Of a DNA stretch of 64,000 nucleotides, positions 26,151 to 39,509 are shown piece by piece; the first letter of the stretch is position 1, and every line of letters starts with the position of its first letter. The notes beneath the pieces are model-generated. The model did not search any database. It was not told the DNA's origin and saw nothing but the letters and a program-made list of their open reading frames with translations. The position numbers were made by a program, and so were the translations under genes. This stretch comes from Antechinus flavipes (lineage: Eukaryota). Where the stretch lies: positions 246,326,001 to 246,390,000 of the forward strand of contig NC_067403.1 in NCBI RefSeq assembly GCF_016432865.1. Direction: 5' to 3'.

Positions 26151-28947
26151 ATTTCAGTATCAAACTTTACAGAACATCTATTTAACATCATCATTTTATA
26201 GATGGGGAAAATAATATCCATAAACAGGCAATAACTTGCCCAAGTTTTCATATCTATTTAAGGCCAGACCTGGGACTAGAAATCATGTTTCAGTGCTAAC
26301 AGTACAATACTATTCCCAGTCGATTATTCAATTATTCAATGATGGCCGATCTCCCTCCAAAAGAAAAATCAACCAATCAAATTTGGAAGGATGGCCAAAT
26401 GTACTTCCACTCAAAACAGTCAATTCACCAAGCATGGTCTCACCCAGAGTCCTATATTGTTACAGCCTGGAGATACTGGACTGAGAATCATTAGTAATAT
26501 TCAATCTATTATAGAATAGAATTAATATACTAAAAAAAATAAAAAATCTATGATTTTGTCAAGATGGCAATCAGTAGGAGGTGGAAGTCTGCTCCACCAT
26601 ATGACCTTACTTCCATGTTTCAGGAGATACATAATCTAGGTGGTGCTGAAGGCTCTTACAAAACAGATGTCTTGTCCAATATTCACTAGTTTAAACATGT
26701 AATTGGCAGGATTTAAACTCATTGGAACCTAAACCCAGCAATTTTCCCATTACACAATGCTGAAATGAGACAGCTAAATCATGATATATTTATTCAACCA
26801 AAATAAAGGTAATGTAATAAAGAGGAGGGAACACTTCTGGGAATATTGACCTTAGAGTCAAAAGGCCTAAGTCAGGTTCTGCAAATGTGTGGCTTTTGAC
26901 AACTCACTCAACCCATTTAAATTTTGATTTTTTTATTTGGAAAAGGAGAGGTTTGGGATCTCTATAGTTTCAATTAGTTCCAATGGCTTATGACTATGAC
27001 TCATGATGGACTCTTCATGACCAGAAGAATTGCTGTCCTAATATTTCTTTTCCAATAAAGAATGCTGAAATTTTGGTCTTGTGGGGGGACCTTTGAATAT
27101 AGTGAGACTTTTCTGTTCTATGCTTAAAATGCCTTAAATTTATGGAAGATAGCCTGACATCAGAGAAAACAAGATTTTAAGAGGTCCCAGTTCTGCAACT
27201 AGTTGTGACCATGGGAATAACACAATCTTTCTGAGCCTCAACTTTATCAGTAACATGAAATGAATAATTCTTAGGCTATCTGCTCCATAGGTTTGTCATG
27301 AGGAAACATCATCTGCAAAAGCTTAAGTTGTTAAAGAAATGGGTCATTAAAAACACATTTGTACTTTGGTTTTCCTATGTGGACTTTTAAAGGAACTATT
27401 GGGCCAAAGTTTTGGGAGGACTTATGATTTTTAATGAATCATTGTTGAAGCATAAATGACTGTTCCCCATGTATTCTGTGGATTGATAATTGTATTACTC
27501 TGATTAAGTCATTTCTCATCTTTCAACTTGAGTTAATTCAGCTATAAAATGAGGCTACTCAAATTCATCCTGCCTACAATACATGGTTGTAGTAAAAATT
27601 AAATGAAATGAAGTGTGTATTAAATGGATTTGAGCTCTCTTGCATTCAGTAATTAACTCCAGTAATGAAGATTACAACCTTTTCATGTCTACCTCTTGGA
27701 TTCACTCATGTTTTCTCCCTACAAAACATACATATTTCTAGTATATATGCATACACATACATACACATGTGTATGTTGGGAAGGATATGAATATGTTTGT
27801 ATATATGTGGGTGTATATACATATATAGGTATAGTACCTACCTATATGTATAAATATATATATACACATATAAATGGGAAGGACATGGGAAGAGAAGGAG
27901 AAAGAGAGAGAGAGGGAGAGGGGGGGAAGAGAGAGAGAGAGAGGCAGAGGCAGAGAGAATGGAAAGGCACTTTGTAAGCCACCAAGAACCTAGTTCAGGG
28001 CTTCACACACAATGAGAATTGAATAAATTAAATTATACAAGTATATGATTTTTTTTTCCTTCATGAGCCACGCTTTATATTCCTGGGCATGGTATAGTAA
28101 AAAATACTAAGAAGAATTTGTAAACATATAAATTGCTTTGTAAATGTGACTTATGATCATTAACATCATTCCATTAAAAGTCCTCTTGAATACCTCTTTG
28201 TGGATTAGCTTTGTCCACAAGTTCTAAGTCTGTGTCTGCAAACTTCATCCCTGTGAGAGGCCCTACCAAACTAGAAAGGCATCTGTACTGGCTCTGCTAA
28301 TGGGCTGAACATCTGTCTCTCAATAACCAGCAAAACCAAATTCATGCACTTCATTAGTACCATGAGTTATATGAACTGTGTAATTCAAGGTGGGGAGGGT
28401 CAGATTTTTATTGACTGAATTCTTTCCCTTCTTCAGGATAATGACAAAATGCTGTAGAACACTATCTTTGGGGCTTGTGAGGATCACAGTAGAAATGATC
28501 TATGTCTTTTCCAGTGCTGCAAGTATAAGGAAGTCATTTAGGGTACTGGTATATCTAAAGGGGGAAAAAGCCCATTGAAGAGAAAAAGAGATGAGGTAGA
28601 GAAGTCTTTTCTTTTTCTACCTGATGAAATAAATCTTTTCTCTAAGGTATTTTGTTAACTTGAATGTTTAAATAGCAAGCATATACTTTTAGAAATGCAT
28701 CCTAGTTTTAAACCCCCAATTAAAATCCCAAGAGTATAACTCATAGGAGAAAAAATGTCATACAGTTATGTGATTGAATTAGGTTTTTAGTAGAAGTAGT
28801 AGTAGCATTGAGTTCAAAGTAGTATTTTGTTCAAAGCTCTGGGCTAGGTCACTTCTGGGTCACTTTAGCAAAGGAGAATCAGATTTTGATGCATATGAGG
28901 CAGGATTACTTAGCCTTGTGTCTTTGAATCATTTTTAAGAAATTATT

Positions 28948-29097
28948 ACTTTTCTTCTTTCACTATTATGATTCCAATTATTATATTTCAATATGATGAC
29001 TTTTCTTCTTTCACTATTATGATTCCAATTATTATATTTCAATATGATGACTTTTCTTCTTTCACTATTATGATTCTAATTATTAGATTTCAATATA
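28948..29097. repeat. Tandem repeat, 51-bp unit, about 3 copies
   Basis: acttttcttctttcactattatgattccaattattatatttcaatatgatg starting at 28948, 28999 and 29050; the first two copies are identical and the third has a few substitutions. Confidence 0.95.
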
Positions 29098-29230
29098 ATT
29101 TCCTTTGAAATACTATGTATTTTGTTTCATTCATTTAAAAATATTATTCTGAGAAAGATAAGGATATATGATTTTTGCCAGACCGCCAAAGATATTCGTG
29201 ACCAAAAAAACACTAAAGAATCCCCATTTT
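29085..29230 (+). mobile_element. Non-autonomous hAT/MER-like DNA transposon fragment (related fragment at about 57120-57235)
   Basis: atttcaatataattt..cctttg.aat.ctatgtattt...aaaatattattctgagaa motif seen twice in the window. Confidence 0.45.
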
Positions 29231-30984
29231 AGGGGAAATTGTGGGCAGAGCAAATTCTGATTTCCTAAGGAAATCCTCAATAGCAACATAATCAATAAGG
29301 TATTATTGTGAATTGCTGAAGATTAAACTCAAGATGTGTAAACTCAGAGGTTTGTTGACCACAAATAGCTCATACAAAAACAAATATTTCTGAAGTATCT
29401 AATATATTAAAAGCACTCTATTGGGCATTGGAATATCAATCAAGTGTTTAAAAGTTAACATTTACCTGTGCAAAAAAGCAAAATATGGAACAATTAAAAA
29501 ATATGGAAAAGGTGCTTTAAAATGCTATTTTAGGGGAAAGATTATTACTGAGTAATCAACTGCAAGCTTCTTGAAAGAGGTCCCTTTTGGGATGGATTTT
29601 AAAGGATCGATGTGAATTCAAAAGGCAGAAATGTTTAGCTTGTGGGCAGGAATAAAAGTTTGAACAAAGCCCCAAATTAGAAGAGTATTTGGTTTATTGT
29701 TTGCTGGAGGAATGTAGGTTATTTATTGAAGAATAAAATTTCTGGAGTGAAATAATTGAAACTCTTTGAATTGGAAGTTCTAAGTGACCATGATGTTAAT
29801 TATGATTCAGGAATATGAAAGACTAAGCCTTTCCCTTGATCTCTTTCTGGTGCTGTTGTAGCCTCCAAGGCCCAAAAGTTGTTATTGATCCCAGTTTTAA
29901 CAAGCTGCTAAGGGCACTATTAAGATTGATTGGGTGCTGAGAGACATGCAATTACCAAACTTGGAAGCAATTTCATTCTTCATTCCTAAACAAGTTGCAA
30001 AGGACCTAATTAAGAGAGATGGGTGGTAAATAGGAAAACTTTCTAAGTGATAATGAATTTCAGTCAGACTTTGGAGATCAATTGCTATTGCCCGCCATGG
30101 TCTGGGAAATTCTAGAACAGACTGAGGGGTTGGTTAACTTCTAGACTAAGGAATATGTGGTCCAGGTTATAGAGTTTGCCTATCACCCCCATCAATGCTA
30201 CTCCCTTTCATTGTCCCTATCTTCCAAGTTTTAATCTGCTGTGAAAGAAATCACTCCAAGTCAGAATCCCCAAAGTCAGGGGACCCTAATAGTTTATGAT
30301 ATGCAAAGGAATGAGAAATTCTATTGATGAATTCATGATGCAGAAGATGATTGAATTTCTCATCCCATATATCATTTCTTGCTCATATGAATTCAGATCT
30401 CTAGCCAAAATGGGACAATATTTGTCAAGCTATCTAGGAAAATGTCCATGATATTAATCCACTAAACTTGAAGATTCATAGCTACTCCTGCTTTTCTCTA
30501 AGAAAAAAATAAAAATAAAAATAAGGATTTCTCTCATGGATGATTAGGACAAAATGCAAATATTATTCAACTCAACCTTTATTAATAAATCTTGCAATTG
30601 GAGAGCATTTGTGCTAGAGATACTGATAAATATATAGATTCATAGATACATATGTAAGAAACAAATATCTTACCAAAACTCCACTGACTTACAAGAATGT
30701 ATGTTCCTGAATATACCCAAATTTAAAGAAAATGTTCTTGTTTTGAGCTCTTGCTTTTTGAGCTCTTGTCATCAGTCTTTCAATCCTTTCTTTTCCAAGA
30801 AAGAATGTCCCTCTTATCATATAGCCAATCCTTGTCGCCAAAGAACTCACATTCTTCATTCTTTTGGAGGAAGATTAACTGAGTAGAGTAAGGGCAAAAT
30901 CCAGGGGGCTCCCCTTCACATCTAAATCTCCACTCCTGATTATTCTTTAATGTTCTTGTGAGTTTCAATTTTTAAATTTGTTTC

Positions 30985-32500
30985 ATTTTTCCAATTTAAT
31001 TTTTATAACTGTGAAAACCAAATAAATGCCCATCCATTTCTCACTTATATATGTATATATATGCATGGATATATACACATATGTTTATATACACATATTT
31101 TAACTCATCATTTATTTTTAACATTCATTTCAAATTTTGAGTTCCAAATTCTCTCTTACCCCCACCCCCACCCAATGAAAAGGCAAGCAATGTATCAATT
31201 ATACATATGAAGTCATAGAAAATATATTTTCATATTTGTACATTTTAAAAAATAAGAAAAATTTAAACATGAGAAGATTATACTTCAATTTACACTCAGA
31301 GTTCATCAGTTCTCTCTTGGGAAATGGACAGCATTTTTTCACTGAGTCCTTTGGAATTGTCTTGGATTAGTCAAGTCTTTCACAGTTGATGATTATTATA
31401 ATATTGCTATTAATGAACACAATGATTTCCTGATTATTCTCCTTTCACTTTGTATCAGTTTGTGAAATGACCCCCCTCATCATTTCCCACAGAATGATAG
31501 TACTCCATCATTACCCACCACAGCATCATTACATCATAGATCACAATGTATTTAATCTTTTCTCAATTGGTAATCATTTCTAGTCTTTTCTAACACACAC
31601 ACAAAAAAATCTGCATGAAATATTTTTGTACATACAAGTCATTTTCTTTTTCCTTTGATCTCTTTGGAAATAGACCTAGTAGTGATATTGCTGGGTATGC
31701 AGTTTTATAGCCCCTTGAATCTAAATTTTCTCCAGAATGATTTCAACTGGTTTATCACTTTAACTTTATTATTCCCACTAGCATTTGTCCTTTCTGATAG
31801 GTATGAGATGATACTCATAGTTGTTTTAATTTTTATTTCTCTAATCAATAGTAATCTAGAGCATATTAATTTCATATGACAGTAGATAGATTTGTTTGCT
31901 TTATCTAAAATCTGTCTGTTTGTATCCTTTGAGCATTTATCAGTTGAAAAATGGCACTTTTCTTCTACAAATTTGCCAGTTCTGTATTCGGTATATATTT
32001 GAGAAATGAGGCCTTGCTATAAAACTTGTTACAAAAATTAATGATGTTGCTTTGTTGTCTTTGTTAACTTTTAGCAAAATACCATTTTCCTGATTATTTC
32101 ATTTAGTTAGGTAGATTTTTGCTTTTTCTTTGTCTGATATTACTTCTTCTGTCTTATTTTCAGTTCAGCTAAAGCATATTAAATATTACTACAGGCTTTT
32201 ATTTTCACTCTGTATGTGTTTCTGTCTTAAATGTGTCATTTATAAATGAATTTTGATTTCTAATCTTTTTTGCATTCTACTTAATTTTTCATGGGTCAGT
32301 TCTCATTAACATTCACCATTATCGTTATTAACTATGTATTTTTAATCATTTTCTTTTGTTTCTTCTCTTTTTTACCCTTTCATATATCTATTTTGCTTCT
32401 AACAACTGTGCCCCTTAATCTTTCTTCCCTTTTGTTTTTTATCTTTTTTCTCCCTCATTCTTTTCCCCTCCTATTTTCCTACTGAGTAAATTGCATTTCT
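30985..32500 (-). mobile_element. Old fragmented L1 (3' UTR and ORF2 pieces)
   Basis: Reverse-complement L1 3' UTR and ORF2 motifs (ttgctgggt...tttctccagaatg...ggtatgagatgatactcat...gttttaatt). Confidence 0.65.
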
Positions 32501-33904
32501 ATAGATAACTGAATCAGGAGACCTCAAATTCAAACTTCTGAAATAGCCCTACCATAATTAAAAGAAAAAAATAGACAGATGCCCAGAAAATGAAAATCTC
32601 TTCTTTCTGACTTCCCCTCATCTCCAATACCAAGTTTCCATGGATAAGTTTTATACCTATGCCCAGAGTCTAAAATTGTAGTTTTTCAGGAACTAAAATG
32701 CTATCAATTCTTATTCATATACTTGAATTAACCCTTCAGTCATCATGAATGTTGAAAACTATCTTTGTATGTATTTTAAAAAGTAAAAAAAAAAACTATT
32801 AGAAAAAAGTAAATTACAGAACCAGGTTTTGAAACAGTTCCTCCAACTCTTTCCAATTATATGCTTCAGACTTTTATTATTTAGGATAAATGTGGGTAGA
32901 AACCTGAAAGTCCACTAGTAATCAGGATACTTTCTGAGAGTAAACCTGAGATGATAAATTAAACAAATGAGGTAGAGTCAAAGCATTAGGTAAGCCAATC
33001 TCAACTGACCTAAGGAGAATTGTGGTGAGAAAGTTGTTACAATTTGTGGATTGGCTAGAATATAGGAAACCAGATGTAGACATCATGGGGCAGATTTAGA
33101 TCTTGGAAATTTTACCAAGAAAATAGCTAAGTAAGATCAGATGAAGATCAAAGCAACACTAGACAGCCACCTACAATTCAAAGTGTGCTTCAGTCCTGAT
33201 AATTCTTTCTAAATGTACATGCTCATTTCCTTCTAGAAATAGTATTTTTTCCATACTAAAATGTATGGCAAAAAGGGAAAGAAGAAAAAGGAATGACTGC
33301 AGAGAATTTTAAAGCAAAAAATATATATATATTTATTCTTGATTTTGGGGCCAGCAACAAAAGTTCTTTGTTTCTTTCTTCAAATGTTAGGGAGAAATCA
33401 AAATATTCCACAATAAATAGGAAGATTAAATCAGTAAAAGTTCCCCGGATCAAGAAAAACACATTTGATTCTGAATGGTGGCATTTGGGTTGTAATTAAA
33501 TCTTTTTCTATTTGATAAATAGTAAAAGCTTACGAGGGACCCGGTTTCAAGGTAACATAGCTAATAAGTGTTTGAATAGGAATCCAAAATACAGTTCTTT
33601 ATTTTAAAATATAACCTGAGTCAGTCATTTCAGCCCAAGATAAAGCCCCAACAACATTCCCAGGACTGGAATAAAGACATTCTCCCCCATATCTAGAAAA
33701 AAAAAGGAATCCCCCCATTGCTTGAACTATTCCATTGGGAAGACATGAAATTTTTTTTCTCTTATTAAAGGGGTAAATAGATGGTCAAGAGTCTTGATAA
33801 ATAATGACATATCCTAATAACAAATTCTAATTTCTCAAACTCCTTAATAAAACAAGTAATCTAGGAAAAAATAAGATAAGATATGTACATTGTTTAATCA
33901 AAAT

Positions 33905-34085
33905 TTAATTTTTATTTTAATATTTTCTCAATTACAAATAAACAAAACAATTTAATTTTTTTTGAGTTTTAAATTTTTTCTCACCTCTCTCCTCTTCTTC
34001 CCCTTTGAGAAGATAAGAAATTTTATACAAATAATACAAGTGCATTTATGGAAATCATTTCCATATTAGTCATGTTACAAAAGAA
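33905..34085 (-). mobile_element. L1 3' terminal fragment, co-oriented with the OR5G-like gene
   Basis: Minus strand reads gtaacatgactaatatggaaatg...ggggaagaagaggagagaggtgagaaaaaatttaaaactc...aaaataaaaa. Confidence 0.65.
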
Positions 34086-34247
34086 AGTGCATTCTTAAAA
34101 TATTCTTAGAGAAATAAAGAATGAGGTGGAGATTGCAAGATTCAAAAAGGTGCAAAGTGACAAAGAACAACAAGATTTGTGCAATGAACATTTAGAGGGT
34201 TCCCTATTTGGCTAAGGATATATTCAAGTACCTATCTAGGGAAGAAT

Positions 34248-35192
34248 TTAATTGCTGATAGAAACCTTGATTTTAGCAATGGTCCTATGGATGGCATCTT
34301 TGACTTCTTTGTTCCTCAAGCTGTAAATGAGGGGGTTTAACATGGGGATCACTGCTGTGTAGAACACTGACACCACCTTGTTGAGGTCCAGAGAGAAGCT
34401 TGCACTGGGCCGCACATAGATGAAGAAGAGGGTCCCATAAAGGATGCTGACAGCAGTTAGATGGGAAGAGCAGGTAGAAAAGGCTTTGCGCCTTCCCTCA
34501 GCAGAACGGATTCTGAGGATGGCTATGAGGATGTAGATATAAGATACGATGATGATCAGACCACTGAACACCAACACTGACCCAGCCATGATAAAAAGGA
34601 CGATCTTGTTGACTGAGATGTCGGCACAGATGAGAGTAAAGAGAGGTGAGATGTCACAGAAGAAGTGATTGATGACATTTGGGTCACAGAAGGGGAGCCG
34701 GAAAGCACCAGTGGTGTGAGTCATGGTGCTGGTGAAACCTGCAGCGTAGGGGCCAGACACCAGCTGGATGCAGAGTCTCTGGGACATGGCCACAGAGTAG
34801 AGCAGGGGGTTACAGATCGCTACATACCGGTCATAGGCCATAGATGCCAAGAGGAAGCACTCAGTGGCCACAAAAAAGCCAAAAAACCATTGCTGTATGG
34901 CACAGCCCAGAAAAGAGATGGTCTTCCTCTCCTCAAAGAAGTCTCTCAGCATCTTTGGGGCCACCACAGAAGAGAAACTGATGTCCACAAACGATAGATG
35001 ACTGAGGAAAAAATACATAGGGGTGTGAAGGCGGGCATCGATTCGGATGAGGAAGATCATCCCCAGGTTGCCTGTCAGATTAAAGAGATAAAAGGACAGA
35101 AACAACACAAAGAGGGCTACTTGCAGCTTAGGATGATATTTCAAACCCACAAAAATGAACTCGGTGACCCTGGTGTAGTTTCCATTGGCCAT
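34248..35192 (-). CDS. OR5G-like: Olfactory receptor, family 5 subfamily G (OR5G-like), 314 aa, intact
   Basis: [100 protein letters not shown]; typical of rodent Or5g genes. Confidence 0.95.
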   Translation of the reverse strand: MANGNYTRVTEFIFVGLKYHPKLQVALFVLFLSFYLFNLTGNLGMIFLIRIDARLHTPMYFFLSHLSFVDISFSSVVAPKMLRDFFEERKTISFLGCAIQQWFFGFFVATECFLLASMAYDRYVAICNPLLYSVAMSQRLCIQLVSGPYAAGFTSTMTHTTGAFRLPFCDPNVINHFFCDISPLFTLICADISVNKIVLFIMAGSVLVFSGLIIIVSYIYILIAILRIRSAEGRRKAFSTCSSHLTAVSILYGTLFFIYVRPSASFSLDLNKVVSVFYTAVIPMLNPLIYSLRNKEVKDAIHRTIAKIKVSISN

Positions 35193-35208
35193 TTATTCCT
35201 GGTGATCA

Positions 35209-35235
35209 CTGCTAAAAACAAAAAAGAACAAAAGA
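35209..35235 (-). promoter_or_regulatory. Tandem (TAGCAG) splice acceptor of the OR5G-like coding exon
   Basis: Minus strand reads cttttgttcttttttgtttttagcag|tgatcaccaggaataaATG. Confidence 0.7.
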
Positions 35236-35464
35236 TAATATATTTGGAATTCGTGCTTTCAACATGAATGTCCATATCTATATACTGACCCAGATGCAAT
35301 ACACCAGCCAGTGAAAGATGGGGCAATTAAATACATTAGTATCCTAAATATACTTCTATTGGCAATGCATTTTGTTCATTTGGTGAACATTATTTACTAT
35401 TATTATTAATTATGATGATGATAAAAAAGGACAAGAAGAAGAAGAAAAAGAAGAGAAGAGGAGA

Positions 35465-35965
35465 NNNNNNNNNNNNNNNNNNNNNNNNNNNNNNNNNNNN
35501 NNNNNNNNNNNNNNNNNNNNNNNNNNNNNNNNNNNNNNNNNNNNNNNNNNNNNNNNNNNNNNNNNNNNNNNNNNNNNNNNNNNNNNNNNNNNNNNNNNNN
35601 NNNNNNNNNNNNNNNNNNNNNNNNNNNNNNNNNNNNNNNNNNNNNNNNNNNNNNNNNNNNNNNNNNNNNNNNNNNNNNNNNNNNNNNNNNNAAGAGGATG
35701 AGGAAAAAAGGAGGAGGAGGAGGAGAAAAAAGAAGGAGGAAGAGGAGAGGAAAGANNNNNNNNNNNNNNNNNNNNNNNNNNNNNNNNNNNNNNNNNNNNN
35801 NNNNNNNNNNNNNNNNNNNNNNNNNNNNNNNNNNNNNNNNNNNNNNNNNNNNNNNNNNNNNNNNNNNNNNNNNNNNNNNNNNNNNNNNNNNNNNNNNNNN
35901 NNNNNNNNNNNNNNNNNNNNNNNNNNNNNNNNNNNNNNNNNNNNNNNNNNNNNNNNNNNNNNNNN
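35465..35965. other. Two assembly gaps (N at 35465-35691 and 35756-35965) inside a GAA/GGA purine repeat
   Basis: Runs of N flanked by aagaagaag and gaggaggag tracts. Confidence 1.
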
Positions 35966-37235
35966 AATAAAGAAATGGTGTTAAATTTGAGAAGACTTTA
36001 ATTCAAGTGCTGAGTCTCACACATACTGGCTGTGTGACCCTAGAAAAGTCACTTAACATGAGCAAGCACTTAACACTATTAATAGTACTCTAGACAACTC
36101 TAGTTCTCTCTGAGTTCTAGTTCTAACTCTAGACAACTCTTAGAACCTTCGCTGAATTGGTAGTAGGAGTTCCCTGTATCTCTGGAACTACTAGCCCCTT
36201 CCCTATCATTATCATAACCATCTTAATATTATAATAACCTTCCATTATTATTTGATTTTATAGATTTCAAATTATTTTCATATTCATCGTCTCACCTCAT
36301 CCTCATACAATTGTATGAGACAAAGTGGGTATTTTTTTCCCCATTTTATAGAAAATGAAACTGAGATTCAGCATGTTTAAATGATTTGATGAAAGATACA
36401 ATGATGGTAAATAAAAAAGTAAAAAAAAAAAAAAAAACTCAAGCCTTTTTATTCCTAAATAAACAATTCACATGTTAGGTAAATCTCTTACCAATTTAGT
36501 CATAGATATATTCAGAGGGTTTGTTTTTGTTTTATTTCCCTCAAACAAACACTGTTACTAATGTTTTGTTTAATAGAAAACATGTCAGAATGTATACATA
36601 TATTTATACATATTCAAATTTCCACACATTCATATAAAATAGATTCAAAACAGGTACAGTGTAATTGGGAGAGAAGGGGTGCAAGCATATAAAGGGGTTC
36701 AGTGACTCGAATTGATCCCTCAAAGGAATTATAGAATCCATAAAATAGAGATGCAAAGAGAGTTTTCTGCATGCAATAGGCACAGCTTATGCCAAAACAT
36801 CAAGGTGGGACACAGAATGTAGTGTTTTGGAAAGAGCAAACTGTCTGTGGACAGGGATTTATCAAGTACTTGCTGTATGTCCAAACCTGAGCTAAGCACT
36901 GTGGAGATTGGTCTGATTGGGATACAGAGGATTTGAATGAAAGTAATATGCAGAAATTATGGAAAGATCTGTTAGAGATCATTATAATGGGCTCTAAAAG
37001 CAAAACAAGTGTGAATTTTCCTTTAAAGAACCATTAGTTTCTTGAGCAGAGAGTGAAATGGTCCCTGTATTTCAAGGAACCCAATTCAACCAATCTTTTT
37101 GCTCTTGACTGAAAATTTGGACACAAAGTCATCCCTAAACCAATAAGAGATAATCATTTTCAAAAGGTAGAAACAGAGAACTGATTTCTTCCTGAGTTAT
37201 TCTTTTTTCAATCCTGGACTGATAATTCAACATGA

Positions 37236-37260
37236 ACACACACACACACACACACACACA

Positions 37261-37295
<35 letters not shown>

Positions 37296-37310
37296 TCACA
37301 TATATACACA
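37236..37310. repeat. (CA)n microsatellite
   Basis: Direct inspection. Confidence 0.95.
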
Positions 37311-37828
37311 CATAAACATAAATGCATAATCCACTTGTTTAAAAAAAAATTCAATTCAACAAGCACAATAATGCCTACACTGTTCATGGCTCCTATACTT
37401 AGCTCTAGTACAACACAAATGCAAAAAAGGCATTTCTTTCTACAAAAAGCTTTTATATTTGTAATCCCACATTTAATTGGTGGGGCAAGTTTTTATAAAA
37501 GGCTTTTGTGTGCTGAGCATTATACAGATTTTATCACATTATATCCTCATAAAAATGTTGAAAGGCTGGTCCTGTTATGATTCATTATACATTTTACATT
37601 TGAGGAAACCGAGATACTCAGAGGTTAAATAATGTTTCTAGAGTCAAACAGCAAATAAATGTCTGAGGTTAGATTTGAACTCAGGTCTTAGTGACTCCAG
37701 ACCCAATGCTTTATCATCTCTGTCACCTAGCTAGTATGGGACTATGCATATGAACAGGTAAATAAATGAAAAAAAAATAAACATAAATTAACATGAAATA
37801 ATTATGGGGATGACAGAATATAACAATG

Positions 37829-37868
<40 letters not shown>

Positions 37869-39509
37869 ATGCATATACTTATACAAACATATGTGTATGT
37901 AAGTAATCTTAGTCTGCAATGTACTTCTTGTTTATTTCCAGTGGAATTTCACATTCTTGTGTGGAATTCATAGCATATTTCAAAGCAAATCTCAAGAGAT
38001 AAGTCTCATGAACACACTTTTTTCTGATCCTTATTATTAATTGAAGCTTTACATAATCTAATCCTTCCATATATACATGTATCTATATGCATGTAAACAT
38101 TGGTGCATATATGTGTACATTTATAGATAAAGGTTGGAAAGATTATATTATGCAAGGCTTTAAAAGGCTTTAAATGGCATACTGAGAACTTTGTATTTTA
38201 TTCTTGAGGCAATGGTAAGCTACTGAAGATTTTTCTATAAAGTAGTAACATGTTTTAGGGATATCAAATTGGCAGTCATTCACAGGCAGGGTTAGAGAAG
38301 GAAGAAATTTGGAGCAGAGAGACAAATTAGACTAATTAAAACAATCAATTTCTTTTTCTTATTCTATCTACTTTACAGAGCTGAAAAGTGGAACAAATCA
38401 TACACACACACAATTAAAAAGTTAAACAAAACAATGATCCATTGCACTATTTCCACTCCCACTCTATCCAAACTACCAGACCCCAGCCTACTTACCTCAC
38501 AAAGAGAAAAAAGAAGTTGGCACTTAATTTGTATTGAGTTGATTCTATTTCAGTACACTGGTGTCCTTTTAGGTGACTACCAGTCGTCCAAGGTATTTTC
38601 ATAACAATTCACATTAATCAAACGTCTAATCAAAATGCCAATACTTCTACTACAAGCCCTATATCTGAAGATGTCCTGTGGAGGAAACAAGTATTTTCTG
38701 TCTACTCTTACAGTGCTGACTCTTTTGAAGTAGAGTTTCACATTTTCTCTTTGGAAAACTCAGTAGGGAAGAAAATCACTGAATTTCATGAGACTCTTCA
38801 ATGAAAGGTGATGTTCACCGCATAAAATAATTACAAGTCTTTAATGAAACCATACCTAAACCCTTTCAAGCAAAATAATTTGTTAATCTTCAAAAAATCT
38901 TATCAAAGTATCTACTTTGAAATATCCAACTTCAGAAATTGAATGTCTTTTTTTGTGATTCCTCTTACGGAAGATCGATCGAAAAATTGTAGATGGGCTT
39001 TTCATCCATGAAGGAAAAACCCATGGCTATGATAGCAAAGATTTAACATACATATTTTTTTAAGTAATGGCAAATAAAATTTATTCATTGACTGAGAGGA
39101 AGGGAGAAAATAACATTTTTATCATATAAATAATTTCACTATTTTTTACATAATAAATCTTTCAATAATTCTCACCTGTAGTTTTTTCCCCTCGCTTCAG
39201 GAGGACCATTTGATTTTTAACAGTTCTAGCCCATTGAGGACTAAAAGAGAAACAGGCCAGTAACTGAATTGGTTAAAAATAACACATTAACCAATGTCCA
39301 GCCCAAGTTCTAAATGATACTCTTCATCACAATCTCTGGTGTAGTATTATAATCTCTAAGACAACCAAACCATTGTCCCTTACTCTTCATTTGAATGACC
39401 TCTTTGGGGAGTGGGGTGGACCTACTTTGTAAACTGTTTCTTTTTTTCTACTGAAAGCTAAGGTTTTTTTTTTTTTTTAATGGTTGAGGGGGATGGGGTA
39501 TTCTTGATT

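Noticed and set aside
28948-29097. Regular repeats resembling a CRISPR array
   Set aside because: The units are contiguous with no unique spacers, there are no cas genes, and the context is a mammalian genome.
34290-34500. Near-identical C-terminal 70-80 aa among the OR5G paralogs, suggesting recent gene conversion
   Set aside because: The nucleotide sequences differ at many synonymous positions, and the same peptide is typical of rodent Or5g genes. Purifying selection explains it.
35412-35984. 190-aa lysine/glutamate-rich ORF
   Set aside because: Artefact of translating through N gaps and purine repeats.
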